A stretch of 64,000 bases of DNA. Origin: Macrostomum lignano (lineage: Eukaryota). The notes beneath the pieces are model-generated. The model made no database searches and was not told the DNA's origin. It worked only from the letters and a program-made list of their open reading frames with translations. The stretch is taken from contig NIVC01003404.1 of the NCBI GenBank assembly GCA_002269645.1, positions 1 to 64,000 of the forward strand, read 5' to 3'. Made by a program: the position numbers and the translations under genes. Shown in pieces: positions 63,189 through 64,000 of this stretch (positions are counted from its first letter, which is position 1; the number at the start of each line of letters is the position of its first letter).

Positions 63189-64000
63189 TTATTAAACTAA
63201 AGTTAACCTACCTATTAAACTAAAGTTAACCTACCTATTAAACTAAAGACCAAATATCTCTGACGAGAATAGGACCTACCATGTGGAGGTAGAAAGTTCA
63301 GTTCGCTTCCTGTGGAAGTGTTGATTGGAACTTTTATAGTATAGCTCAACTCTATAGCTCAACTCTTTTCCTCATTGTATTAACTAGTTTAAAGAAATCA
63401 AGCAATCTCATAAAATATAAAAACCTTGGCGCAACAACTTCGGAGACATTGTCCCAAAGACGAGCGATGAGGCAGCAGTTACAAGCGCACCAATGCTGTA
63501 CGCCGGCACGCACTCATACACTGCACGCTCACACAGGGTGTACAGCGGCCTTGACTTTCTAATTAATCGTCAGGCGTGTACACTCTGTGGGCCTTGGGGG
63601 TTGGTCCTCATAGGCAAGAATCGCACAATAACCCAAACAAATAAATCACACAGTGAACCTAAAATTAAACTAAATTAGATTCATTGCAGTTAAATTAGGG
63701 CTTTTTAACTGTTTTTTCTGCCTGTGCTTCTCTTCTTTAAAGCCGATTGCTGCAGCAAGCCCTCTTTCACTAGTAGAAAGAGGCACTTTTTAAAAAAATG
63801 CACTTTCCTTGTCCCCCATCGTAATGCCTCTATTTGAGGACTTAACAAGCCTTGGAAGGGCTAGGAAAAAATCAATATTCTAAAATTTTCCGGCTCTTTG
63901 GGGAGATGAGGAGGGAGAAGAGGACTCTAGCTCTCTCCCATATTACTGGTATCCGAGGCTCCGTCACTCTTCAAGTCTTTCTTCCTGCCCTTTGGCTTGT

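Overview
Eukaryotic (metazoan) genomic DNA with GT-AG introns, GC-rich exons, and many microsatellites and transposon relics. The style is consistent with a flatworm such as Macrostomum, which is an inference. There are no prokaryotic features and no CRISPR array. All exon coordinates and translations were read by hand. The left third (105-22151, minus strand) holds the 5' part of a Slo2/KCNT sodium-activated K+ channel gene. It has 11 reconstructed coding exons, including two alternative N-terminal exons, and a 1-nt frameshift in the last visible exon. Its introns carry an RTE-like retrotransposon sitting inside a 15-bp minisatellite, MITEs, a SINE and satellites. At 23.75-26.9 kb is a 3.1-kb foldback element with very long inverted arms built from 151-bp subrepeats. 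From 27.6 to 62.1 kb lies a five-member family of genes for secreted proteins: signal peptide + PAN/Apple-like domain + ALK/LTK-type glycine-rich domain, with no transmembrane or kinase part. Three copies are intact (A, A', B') and two are decayed (B, C). Four copies form a ~26-kb inverted segmental duplication (A> B> GPCR> <B' <A') around a single-exon class A GPCR that carries one premature stop. A solo LTR, tRNA-derived SINEs, hAT and Tc1-type mini-elements, a P-element transposase fragment and a BEN-like ORF are interspersed.
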